A DNA stretch of 64,000 bases, taken from contig CAKKNE010000004.1 in NCBI GenBank assembly GCA_918797485.1, forward strand, positions 4,650,001 through 4,714,000, given 5' to 3'. Position 1 is the first letter of the stretch; each line of letters opens with the position of its first letter. This document shows positions 8,088-18,566 of this stretch, piece after piece. The notes below the pieces were generated by a model. The model was not told the DNA's origin and did not search any database. It saw only the letters and a list, made by a program, of their open reading frames with translations. The translations under genes and the position numbers were made by a program. Source of the stretch: Pelagomonas calceolata (Eukaryota).

Positions 8088-11000
8088 CTACCGGTCCACC
8101 GTCGTCGCCGCGAGCACGAGCCGCTCGATGGCCTCGTAGCTAAAGTTCGCCAGGTCGAAGGTCAGGTCGTCGAGGAACGGCGGGGACGCGTCGAAGGCGC
8201 GCCGCGCCGCGTCCCTCGGAGAATGCCGCCGCGCGTAGAGCGCCGCAGCTCTCTGCAACAACTCCAACAACCTATTGGCCACGTCAGATCTAGTTGTAGA
8301 CGGCACGGACGCCAGCAAGGCCCGCGCGTCGTCCGGGTCCGCGGCCTCGGCCCGCGCCCGCGCCAGCAGCAATTGCCGCAACCGCGCCATCCACCTACAT
8401 AAATCCACCGCAACATGCAGCTCGTCCACGACGCGCCGCAGCCGCGCCGTCGCGGAGTCGCCGTCATCATTGGAATCCATCGCTTCGGCAGAAGCCGACC
8501 TGGAGGGAGGCGGCGGCAGGCCGCCGTCGTCGTCGCCCGCGACGCGCTCGAAGTCGACGAAGAACCCCAATTCATCATGATGCCACTTCCAGACCGACGC
8601 CGGGTCGACCGGCGCCGCCCCGTCCCAGTACCTCGTCCTCAAAAGCTCGGACAGCCGCCGGTGGTGCGCTCTCAAAGTCGCGGCTCGGTGGTCGTCGTGG
8701 GCCGCGCGGAAGGCCTCCTCCGCTAAAATTGTCAAAGCGCGCGTCGCGGCCGCGGCCCCGCCGGCGCACGGCGGCCAGAGTAGAGCTTCGTCGTACGCGT
8801 CCTGCGCGTACAGGGCCTCGCCCTCCGATCCCGGGAAGTGCTCGCCTCTTTGGCACTCCGCTAATAGTGACGTGCCCCGCCCGTCGCCGTTATTATCTCT
8901 CCTTTCATTTCTGCCGCACACTACTCCAGCAGCAGCCGCCGCCAGCCTTCTACGAGGCGCGTCGGCGTCGTGCGCGTCGGCGGCCGACGTTTCTCTCCTG
9001 GGAGGGTCCAACCTCCACAAATGAGCGGCCGTCAGCGCCTCGAGCTCCGCCTGGCCCAGCGACCGCCCGCCGCCCGCCGCCGGGGCGTCGGCGCCCGCGT
9101 CCGCGCGCCAAGCTAAACCCGCCCCGAGCAGCGCTGTCGCATCCGCGAACGGCTTCGGGAATGCTGGTGAAGGCGCCCGGTCGCCGAGCGGCGCGCTTCT
9201 TATAACCACACCGGCACCCCGCTCCGCCCGGCAGGCGCGCGCCGCCGCTACTAAGGAAGCGACGGCCGGCGCCTGCCGCAGAGCCGTCGCGTAGACCGCG
9301 TCCGCGCCGCCGCATATTAAAGCATCGGCCGCCGTCGCGCGGCGCCTTGCTAATTTAGCCCCGCCCGTGCCGTCGCCCGGCGGGCCGTCGAGAATTACTG
9401 CAATAGACGCTCGTTTCGATGCCCGCGAGCACGCGGCCTCGGCGTTTGAGGGAGCGCCCCACAGCCAGAGCGTCTCGACCGCGGCCGGTAAATTACTTGA
9501 GAGAGCTTCGCACACCTTCGTAGCCTTCGACGCCGATAATGACGAAGACACGCGCACCCCGAGCTGCGTCGCCCGATACCGTTCCGTGAGGGACTTTGCG
9601 CAGGCAACTGCTTCGTCCACGTTATCCGTATACACGCAGACCGTGGGAATGCAAGCAACGTGGCGCGCGCGGCACCGCGCACTCAGCGCCGCGCACGCGT
9701 CTAAACCCATACCTGGATCCGGGTCGCAATCCACATACCCATCACCGCCGTCGCACGAGTGCCACGGTAAGGGAGGGTCCTCGTCCGCCTCCTCCTGTAC
9801 TGGTACGGGCGCCCTAGAGAACCAGCCCCTCTGAACAGGTTCCGCCACCTCCTCCTCCTCTTGCCGGGGCCTTGCTTCCCGGTCCAACTGGTCGCAGCCC
9901 GCGTCGTCAGCTAAAATAAATAACGCGTTGCAGCGCCACGACGCCAAGCGCCGCGCGTCGTCGTCGATCTGGGCGTTCCGCGGGGCCGCGGCCCCCCGGC
10001 AATCGAGACACGCCGCCCTGACTAGAGCGTCGGGGCCGTCGTCGACCGCTAACGCCGGCAACCGAAAGGCCGGCAGGGCGTCGTCCTCGTCCTTGCCGCA
10101 CGACGCGTGGAATCTAAGTAGTTGTGCTAGCGTAGAGGCGCCATGTTTTAATCCAGCAGCGTCGTGGCCCACAACTGCAGCTACACCATCTCTAACTAAA
10201 ACGCGATAGCCCTCGGGCCCGCCCGTCGTCTTCGCGCAGACTCGCAACGACACGGAGTGCTCTTCATTAGCGGTGACGACTTTCACCCCAAATCTCGCGC
10301 CGACCTCCACTCTCAAAGTCCGCAAAGCCGCGTCGAACCGCGCATCATCTATGGAAGAGTGGACACCTACCGAAATCTCCGCACCTCTGAATTCTAATTC
10401 AGGGGCGCCTCGCAATAACCGGCACCGCCGCGGCGGCGGCCAGACCAATGGGGCTCTGCATCTCGCAGCGCCCTGGTCTTCCACGTCGACGCTTCGCTTG
10501 GGGGAGGGGGGGGGCGTGATCGTTTTCACCTCCTTCGCGGGCGTCGACACGGCGAGCGTCTTCTGGAGCGCGTCGTTTTTAGCAAGATCGGCCGGCAGTT
10601 TCCCCGCGTCAGGCCCGTCCGAAATTCTGAGGGACGCGTCGGCGCCGCCCCTTAACAATATTGAGACGCAATCAACATGACCGGCGCGCGCCGCCTCGTG
10701 GAGCGGCGTGACGCCGTCGTCGTTCGTGGCGCAGGGCTCGGCGCCGGCCGCGAGCAGCGCCTCCAGGGCCGCTTCCTGGCCGAAGGACGCCGCCCAGTGT
10801 AGAGGTGAGTCCCCTCCAAAAGTTGCTGCGTCGGAGAGGCGCGGTATCGAACCTAACAAAGCCAGTAGTTTCGTGACCTGTGTGGCAATCAAAATTTTAC
10901 GGCGCGTTCGCGCTGATTCGTCGCGTCGTCCTCCACGCCATCGACGCGACGCCTGCGTCGTCCTCCACGCCATCGACGCGACGCCTGCTCGATGTCGTGG

Positions 11001-11470
11001 CGATGCCGGTTCCTCGCTGCTCGAACGAGCCAGACGCACCCGACGCACTGGTTGATTTCCACACAGTTCGTGACCCTTCCCGCGTCCCCTAATGCGACCT
11101 GCTGCATAAGCTCGGCGTGGGCTGCAGCTCTACAGGCCGAGCCCTCCTCGAGCCACGATACGGGACTCGCCGCCGCGGGGATCGCACCTACTCTGAGCAA
11201 AGCGCGGACGGCGTCTACCTTGTTAGAACTGCAGGCCTTCTCGAGTAACGAAGCGTCGTCGTCGTTCCGCGCCGCGCCCAGCGCTTCGGCCAGGTCCTCG
11301 CCCGGCGCGAGCTTTTCTTTGAGCGCGGCGGCCGCGGACGCGACGATGTCCGCCCTACCATACTCGGCGGCCGCAAATAACACACGGTATTCTTCCGGGG
11401 GACCCTCCTCCTCGCCTTCCTGCGGCGGCTCCGCCTCGTCGGCGTAGCGTCCCTTGGCCTCGTCCGACAT
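8088..11470 (-). CDS. Ankyrin-repeat protein fused to a degenerate GH20 (hexosaminidase-like) region; exons 11470-11075 and 10877-8088 (~1061 aa)
   Basis: Ankyrin motifs GDSPLHWAA and GVTPLHEAARAGH. GH20 domain-2-like LVWPPP...PEGYRVLV...VVGHDAAGLKHGASTLAQLL...VDDGP. Splicing joins DAGR|VTKLL, identical to the intronless paralog. Confidence 0.8.
10878..11066 (-). mobile_element. Introner element copy 2 (intron 11074-10878, 197 nt)
   Basis: TIRs with one mismatch. Perfect TSD TTCGTGAC at 10870-10877 and 11067-11074 (GTCACGAA on the gene strand, giving the GT donor). Internal tandem CTCCACGCCATCGACGCGACGCCTGC. Confidence 0.93.
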
Positions 11471-11830
11471 CGTACGCGTAGCAGGAGCTGTTTACGTGCA
11501 GTTTGATGCGTCGGCGCGACGCCGGAGAGGATTCACGCGCTGCCTGGTCTTAGCACTGGCTGTCGCGGGCCTCGATGCAGCCCGACGCCGATCGCAGTTG
11601 TTTGCCGGCACGCGCCGCCGGTGCGCTAGCAACGGATATCCCCCGTCCCTGGCAGCTTACGTGGGTCGCCACTGGCCCACAGGATCGTGCAAAGCACGTC
11701 CGTTGCCTGTTCGTTTTGGCAGGCTTGTGGTGAACTATTAATTTTTTTGGGCTGAGGCTAGTATAGTACTACGCTAGCACCGAACCCTAGGAGGTATAGG
11801 CATCGTATGAAATTCTTACTTACATCAAAT

Positions 11831-11902
11831 AAGACGCATGCCCTCGTCGCCGCGGCGCCGCTTGGGGTGCCCGGACGATCGAGACGGCAATCTTGCCCGC
11901 CT
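11831..11902 (-). pseudogene. Orphan 3' fragment of the gene at 17162-18136
   Basis: Near-identical to 17168-17243 but with a 5-nt deletion (GAACA) and no upstream part of the gene. Confidence 0.75.
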
Positions 11903-12983
11903 GGTACGAGCTCGTAGCAATTGCCGCACCCATAAGACGAGGACCATATCACTCAAATTCTTGTTCAACAACCCGTGTATCTGAATAAGCACTTCCGTCT
12001 TCATCCTACGAGATCCTTCGTGGTTTCCGGGAGGAGTCTCCTGAGTAGTTCCCTTCTCGCGTCGGCGCAGCCGCGGAGGTGTCGCGACGGCGGCCGCTCC
12101 GCTTTTGGCATTTCAGAGATCCCCAGGTAGCGCTCGGGCACGTCACAAGTGTCAATTCAACTCAAACAGTGTGCACTAAAAAACAATTCAGGCAGCTGCA
12201 GAATCGTTGCTGCGGCAACACGCAGCGCCTGCGCGCAGCCGGCGTGGCGTGGACGCAATGGCAGTGCGGCAACGCCTCGACGCCATCGCCACGGCGCCGC
12301 GAGCGCGGGCGCTCCTAGTCCTGGCGTGCTGTCTCTTCAGATGCTGCCCCATGGGCTCCCGCTGGAGCAGCGGCAGAGCCGCGCGCTGGGGTCACGATAG
12401 ACAGCGCAGCGGCCGCGCGCGGTGGGCCACGACGTCGCGGGCTTACGCCGGGCGCAGAAGATGGACGCGGCTTGTCGGCGCGCACATCGATAGCGCGCCG
12501 CCGCGGCTTGACTCTGACAGCCAAGCCGCGGTTGCTGTGTTTTATTGTGATGTCGTTTCCGTAAATGCCGTTCTCGCCGAATTTCGCTCGTCTTGCTCGA
12601 AAACTCGAAAAACCCGACACAAAAGACCTGAACCATTCCCTGTCAACAAGAACACAGTGCGCAAGCCACACAGATCGCAGCTGCGTCTGGTGAGGCAACG
12701 ATACATCTGTTCGGATACCTGGCGAAATCGTGAGCGAGCAGTACGGGCCGAAGGGACCTGTAGCCGCATTTTACAGCACATTTGGCCCTTGTGTGCCAGT
12801 GCTCTAGCGCGGGCGCACGCGGTCGCTGCGCGCCAAGCTCCCGCTGACAGTAGGACGCTGAACCACTGCTGCTGCGCTGCGGACGACACGTCGTGTTGTG
12901 CCGCAGGTGTCGAGACGCAGCCGCTCGACGCCGCCGCCGCTCACAAAAACACTTCAGCGGTCACGCGCGCGTCCGTCGACGCC

Positions 12984-15893
12984 ATGTCTCGCGGCCAAAA
13001 GCGCGCCTCGACGCGGCCGCCGGGCATGCTGAGTGCGGAACAAAAAGCCAAAGTCGAACGAAGCATCACGGCCCAACGCGAGGCGCTCCTGGCGGAGCAC
13101 GGCAAGGCGACGGAGCTGCTGTCCCGCGAGGACGAGGGCTTCTTGGCGAGCATCGACGCGACGAACGTCGACGATGAGCGGCTCGCGAGCCTCTCGCAAG
13201 AAGATTTGAAGGGCCTCGGTCCGGACGACGGCGGCCGCGGCACGAGCCGGAGGGCCGTGCAACAGTACGTCCGGGACCGGCTCGCGCGCGCCGCGCAGCC
13301 GGACGAGGCCGGCGCCAAGGAAGAGAAGCGCGCCAAGTTACGGGAGGAGGGCGCGTTAGACCTCGAGCTCCCGGACCTCGGCCGGGCGGAGAAGGAGGCC
13401 GCGTGGCGCACGGCGCTCGTGGACCCGGCGTCGTTCGAGTTGAAGCTCCCCAGGAGCAAGTTCCTCGAGCGCACCGGCGGCTCTGGAAGTCATTTCTGGG
13501 ACCGCCTCTCGAGGGAGCGGGCCGCAGCGATGGCCGACGAGGCCCGGGGGCGCGGCGAATTGTGGAGGTCGACGCGCGAGCGTACTCATACGGCGTCCTA
13601 GAATTACGGTCTTTGAAGCATAGCGTCGACCTCCACGCCATCGACGCGACGTCCGCTCGACGGCGTGGCCCTCGTCCACTGGTCGACGTCCCCGCAGGCA
13701 CGGATACGGACTTCTATGATCCAGAGGACTACAACAAGGACGACGGCCAGGTGCCCTTCGGCAACCCCGGCGGCGTGAGCCCCGACTACTGGGGCTGCGG
13801 CGACCCCCGCTTCGACGCCATCATCGCCCTCTTGTTGGAGAAGATGTCGAAGGAGGAGTGGGCCCAGTTCGGGACGGAGTTCATCAAGATCGCCTGGACG
13901 CCCGAAATGTCCGAGGAGATGAAGCTGCGGGGCTTCATGCGGGTTCTGAGTCGGTGTCTGACGGTCGCCGCGGAGACGACGCGCGTGCACATTATGATCG
14001 TGTGCTTCCGAGTCCGAACTCTTCAGCCTGGAACGGTAGCGGCGCGTCGACCTTCACGCCATCGACGCGACGCGTTCACGCCGACGGTTCTCCGCGCAGG
14101 CCAAGGAGAAGCTCGAGGCCGAGCTGCGGAAGGAGCGCGCGGCGCGGCTCGCCGCCGAGGCGGCGGCGCGGCGCACGCCGCTCGGCGACGTGAACGCCGT
14201 CGCCGCGTCGGTCGCGGCGACCTGCGGCGACGCGCGCGGCGCGCTGCCCGTCGACGACGTCGCGGCGCCGGCCGACGCTTTAGATGGTGACCCGCCGATG
14301 CGCGTCGCGGCGCGCGCGGCGCCGCGCGTCGTCGCGGCTTCGGCGTTTGGCGGTGCTGCGGGCGGCGACGTGCCGCCCGAGAAGCCCCGCGCCGATCTAC
14401 TCGATGGTGCCCGCGCGCTCGACGCTTTAGATGATCCGACGGCGGGCGCCTCTGACGAGACGTTGCGCTTATTGCCGTCGCCCGCGCTCCAGGCGCTCGC
14501 TGCTTCGGACGCCTCGGCGTCTTCTCAGCGCGGCGCGCCCGTCGCTTCGTTAGATGGGCCTTCCCTGACGCGCGGAGCGCCTGAATCGGCGGCCTTCGGC
14601 GGCTCGGACGCGCTCATGCCTCCACTGCGGCGCGCCGACGACGATGATGATGACGACGACGACGACCCCCTCACGGCGGCGGTGCGCAAAGCCGAAGCGA
14701 AGCCCGAAACTCCAGAGGCTCGGGAGGCTCTGAACGATCTACCGCCGGGGAAGACGCCTTCGAGCGGCCTCGCGGCCCTGTTACTGCGCTTCAATTTATT
14801 TGCGGTCATCAAGGAGACGTGCTCGGTCGTCGGCGGTTCTCTGATTGACGATTTGGAGGAGTTAGACCAGGAGAAGCGGAAGGAGAGAGGAGGTGGCGGC
14901 TGGCCCATTAAATTCTACATCTACAAGATCGTCTTGTTCGCGGCGCAGATGGCTCTCATCTACGGGGACGTCCGCTTCGGGGACATGGGCATCAGCATCT
15001 TCCGGTGCGTCTTCGGCCGCTATTGCCTCGCAAAGATCTTGTGGGTGGGCAAAAAGACGATGCTGGACGCGATAAAGATGCAGGTGCCGCTGCTCTGGGT
15101 GCCTCTGGAGGTGCGAGCCGAGGACCTGCACCTGCTGCCGTCGTGGGTCCGCGTCGCGTTCCCGCGGGGCCTGCGCTTCGACTCGATCGCGGTGATCAAG
15201 GCGCTCCTGCAGCGGTCGAACGGCTTGTTCTTCGACTGCAAGTGCTTGCTCTGGTCCAGCGTCGCCGGCGTCGCCGCCTCGGGCACGGCGCTCGCGCTCA
15301 CAACGGCCTGCGTCGCGCCGCGCCGCGCGAAGCGCTCGCGGGCGCTCGTGTCGTCTTCGGCGCCGGGCGGCTCTTCTGATGCGGTGTCGTCGCTCTTTTC
15401 GGCGGGCGTCGACTACGCGGCCATCGATTTCTCCTCGCTCCCGACGTGCGCGCGGCGCGGCTCGGCGCTCCTGTCTTCGCAGCTCGGGTTCCCGCTCTCG
15501 GCGTCGGTGCCTTTCTTCTACATCCGCTTCCACAAGCCGAACTCTTCGAAGCTCACGGAGTGGTTCCTCGTCGACGACCTGGGGTCTGTCGCGCCGGAGC
15601 TCAACCGCCATCGGGTCTGGGACACCATGCCCGCCTGGGTCCTCTCATCCAAGACGCTGCGCGCGCTCGCGGCCGGCGCGGCCCTGATCTTCCGCGGGAT
15701 GGACGTCCGCGAGGTCGCGACGTCGCCTCAATCGCTCCTGGAGGTCTTCGATCCGACGATCGAGTGCAAACACAACTACACCTACACGATCTGGGCCGGC
15801 GTCGACTTCGTCATCTTGCTGCCGGACGGCCGCGTGCTCGACAAGCGGCTCTTCCTCCTCGAGCTCCTCAAGGCCTACGCGGACGCGGCCTGA
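12984..15893 (+). CDS. Uncharacterised protein; predicted exons 12984-13581, 13698-13942, 14100-15893 (~878 aa)
   Basis: Two GT-AG introns join three ORFs in frame (STRER/TDTDFY and GFMR|AKEKLEAE). Exons show GC3-rich codons. No domain recognised; donor positions inferred. Confidence 0.6.
13582..13697 (+). mobile_element. Intron with introner-related internal motif (old/decayed element)
   Basis: GT...CCCGCAG boundaries restore frame. Contains GTCGACCTCCACGCCATCGACGCGACG, shared with introner interiors. No intact TIR. Confidence 0.55.
13943..14099 (+). mobile_element. Intron with introner-related internal motif (old/decayed element)
   Basis: GT...CCGCGCAG boundaries restore frame. Contains GTCGACCTTCACGCCATCGACGCGACG. 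No intact TIR. Confidence 0.5.
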
Positions 15894-15985
15894 GCTCTTC
15901 CTCTGACACGCGAAGCATAAGTTGCTTTGTCTTCTCTTACTATCTACTTCTATTACTTCTACTACACATAACATGTATCCTGGTG

Positions 15986-16906
15986 TCAAACGAGCAGGGA
16001 CGCTCGACGACCTCCGCGAGGCCGTGAAGACGCTCGAAGACGCGGACCGGATCGCGCGATGCGTGCTCGGCGCGCACCCGCTCGTCGCGGATTTTGAGGT
16101 CGCGCTGCGAGACGCGCGAGCCGCACTCCGCGCCCGTGAAACGCAGTCGCTGTCGTGATCGTCTTGACCTGCTGTGCGGGTGCGGCGACGGCGAGCTCGG
16201 GCATGTCGCCCTTCGCGAGGTCGGCCGGCAGCTTCCCGGCGTCGGGGCCGTCCGAAATGCGCAGGGCGGCGTCGGCGCCGCCCTTTAACAGTAGGGAGAC
16301 GCAATCAACATGACCGGCGCGCGCGGCTTCATGCAAGGGTGTAACGCCGTCGTCGTTCCCGGCGTTGGCGTCGGCGCCGGCCGCCAATAAGGCTTCCAGG
16401 GCCGTTTCCTGGCCGAAGGACGCCGCCCAGTGTAGAGGCGAGTCTCCCCCAAACGTCGCCGCGTCGGAGAGGCGCGGGATGGGACCGAGCAGCCTCAAGA
16501 GCTTGGTCACCCTTCCAGCATCTCCTAACGCGACCTGCTGCATGAGCTCGGCGTGCGCCGCAGCTCTACAGGCCGAGCCCTCCTCGAGCCACGCTACGGG
16601 AGTTGATGCGGCAGGTATGGCGCCGACTCTGAGCAAGGCCCGCACGGCGTCGACCTTGTTGCTACTGCAGGCCTTTTCGAGGAGCGACGCGTCGTCGTCG
16701 TTCCGCGCCGCGCCCAAGGCTTCGGCCAGGTCCTCGCCCGGCGCGAGTTTTTCTTTCAGCGCGGCGGCCGCGGACGCGACGATGTCCGCGCGGCCGTACT
16801 CGGCGGCCGCGAAGAGGACGCGGTACTCTTCCGGGGGACCCTCCTCTTCTGCCTGCTCGGGCGGCGTTTCTTTATCGGCGTAGCGGCCCTTGGCGTCGTC
16901 CGACAT
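15986..16906 (-). CDS. Truncated intronless paralog of the ankyrin gene (ankyrin region only, 306 aa)
   Basis: First ~250 aa nearly identical to the spliced 11470 protein. Homology stops at VKTIT (~16154), then the frame reads into unrelated DNA. Confidence 0.7.
   Translation of the reverse strand: MSDDAKGRYADKETPPEQAEEEGPPEEYRVLFAAAEYGRADIVASAAAALKEKLAPGEDLAEALGAARNDDDASLLEKACSSNKVDAVRALLRVGAIPAASTPVAWLEEGSACRAAAHAELMQQVALGDAGRVTKLLRLLGPIPRLSDAATFGGDSPLHWAASFGQETALEALLAAGADANAGNDDGVTPLHEAARAGHVDCVSLLLKGGADAALRISDGPDAGKLPADLAKGDMPELAVAAPAQQVKTITTATAFHGRGVRLARLAARPQNPRRAGARRARIARSGPRLRASSRPRGGRRASLLV
15997..16158 (+). pseudogene. C-terminal fragment of a high-copy pelagophyte TPR-like gene family
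   Basis: Translates to GTLDDLREAVKTLEDADRIARCVLGAHPLVADFEVALRDARAALRARET*, a C-terminus I recall from a large Pelagomonas family (not verified by search). The N-terminal part is absent. Confidence 0.6.
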
Positions 16907-17243
16907 TGTCGCGGCCTCGATGCAGCCCGATGCCGATCAGAGTTGTTTGCCGGCACACGCCGTCGGTTCGCGCTTAAAACCTGCGAGCCGTTGTTGGCAG
17001 CTTAGGTGGCGTGCCGCTTACCCCCACACGATCGTGACTATGCACGGTTGCCCTGTTTTTTAGCAGCCTGGGCAAAAACGATGATTTTTTTCAGGCTAGT
17101 ATAGTACTACGCTAGCAATATGTGAAATTCTTGCTTGCTTAAGAATAATTCTTACTCACGTCTAAAGAAGACGCATGCCCTCGTCGCCGCGGCGCCGCTT
17201 GGGGTGCCCGGAGAACACGATCGAGACGGCAATCTTGCCCGCC
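16154..17243. repeat. Segmental direct duplication, copy 2
   Basis: Counterpart of 10515-11902; lacks the introner and a ~90-bp segment (11471-11560). Confidence 0.88.
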
Positions 17244-18136
17244 TCGAGGCCGCGCCCGCCCGAGGCATTGACCGTGGCGAACGCCGCGTGCAGGAAGCGG
17301 ACCTCCTCGGCGGACAGGTGGTTCTCGTCGCCGGAGAGGTCGGCGCAGCCCGCGGGGAGGAGGGGGAGGGCGCCGGCGCCGACGGCGTCCATTAAGACGG
17401 CGCCGCGCGCGACGCCCACGATGCGCGTCCAGCGGCGCTTGAAGCTGAAGAAGCCCTTGAACCGCCCGCGCCCCATGTGCCCGTTCGCCGCGACGAAGAG
17501 CAGGTCGCGGTCGTTGCAGTCGGCGGCCGGGACTATCAGGCGCTTGACTCGGGCGCGCGCGACGGCCCGCAAGCGAGAGTCCACGTGCAAACCGCCCTTG
17601 AAGTTCGTGCCGTCGTAGCCGTAGATCATGAAGTGGATGCACGAGGGGCTCAGGTCGTCGACGCGCTTGGAAGTAGCCACGACAGTATCGAGCCACTCCG
17701 TCACGACCGTGCCGGTCTTGTACAACCACTGCTCCGTCTCGTCGAGCTCGTCCATGTTCTTGCCGCGGTCCGTGGCCCGGCGCCAGCGCCGCATCTGCCG
17801 CTCCACGTCCGCGCGCAGGCCTCCATCAGCGGCGCCCCACTGAACCGACACATACCCTTCGCGCCAGACCGCACCACCAGAGGCGCTGCCGGGGCTCGGG
17901 CCGTCGTAGGGGCCGCCCGGTTCGCAGCCCACGAAGAACGCGAAGAAAAGCCAGAAGTCCTTGGACACGATCGGGCACTCGTAGACGCCCGCGCGGCTTG
18001 TGAAGAAGCCCTTCAGCCGCGCGTCGCAGGCGAACGCGTCATTGGTGACGTTGTAATCAGTGTTTCTTCCGCCGCCAGGGACCGCCGGACGTAACGCGTT
18101 GAGCGCGAGCCGGATGGCTTTAAAGGCTTGCACCAT
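17162..18136 (-). CDS. Uncharacterised protein, possibly a divergent 2OG-Fe(II) dioxygenase
   Basis: 324-aa ORF with ATG and coding-like codon use. CIHFMIY...LHVD (HxD), distal FLHAA and terminal AVSIVF strand; the usual 2OG-binding Arg is not evident. Confidence 0.5.
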   Translation of the reverse strand: MVQAFKAIRLALNALRPAVPGGGRNTDYNVTNDAFACDARLKGFFTSRAGVYECPIVSKDFWLFFAFFVGCEPGGPYDGPSPGSASGGAVWREGYVSVQWGAADGGLRADVERQMRRWRRATDRGKNMDELDETEQWLYKTGTVVTEWLDTVVATSKRVDDLSPSCIHFMIYGYDGTNFKGGLHVDSRLRAVARARVKRLIVPAADCNDRDLLFVAANGHMGRGRFKGFFSFKRRWTRIVGVARGAVLMDAVGAGALPLLPAGCADLSGDENHLSAEEVRFLHAAFATVNASGGRGLEAGKIAVSIVFSGHPKRRRGDEGMRLL

Positions 18137-18266
18137 TTCGTGTGATACGCTTCATCAGTCGCTGTCAATTGTTGTGTCTGCAATTGATGAGGTCTCTAAG
18201 CAGCGCTGCTGCTGCAATCGCAATCGATGCGGCAAACGCTGGGCCCGCAAAGCGTGAAAAACAAAA

Positions 18267-18291
18267 GCTAGCGGTCTGTAAGACACTAGCA
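18267..18291 (+). promoter_or_regulatory. 25-bp recurrent intergenic motif GCTAGCGGYCTGTAAGACACTAGCA
   Basis: Near-identical copies at 26630-26656, 57976-58000, 59262-59286 and, reversed, 56800-56824. Function unknown. Confidence 0.6.
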
Positions 18292-18566
18292 CATCGTGTT
18301 TTCAGCGCAGGGCCGGGTTAATTCGTTTGGGGAACTCAATTTGAAGCGCGGAGCGACTGGTGTTCGGCGCGACATTTAAATTTGGGCCTCTAGACCTGCA
18401 CAGAGGAGAGGCGGCGGCGGGATTATCGAGCCAAGCTAAAAGCGTGCTCTCCTAGGGAGTCCCCGCTACTCTCACAGACACGTCTCACTAAATCTATTGC
18501 CAAGCGCGACGCGGTGAAGCTCGCGGGCCCTCGCTCCGACGTGATAAATAAGCAAGGCGCGCCAAA

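Larger units (their letters stand above)
10515..11902. repeat. Segmental direct duplication, copy 1 (5' part of ankyrin gene, intergenic spacer, 3' tip of the 17162-18136 gene)
   Basis: Colinear similarity to 16154-17243 across coding and non-coding DNA, e.g. GGCTAGTATAGTACTACGCTAGCA and AAGACGCATGCCCTCGTCGCCGCGGCGCCGCTTGGGGTGCCCGG. Confidence 0.88.

Noticed and set aside
11903..11952. GCGNCYEL peptide suggesting an expansin-like fragment at the insert edge
   Set aside because: Too short to support any assignment.
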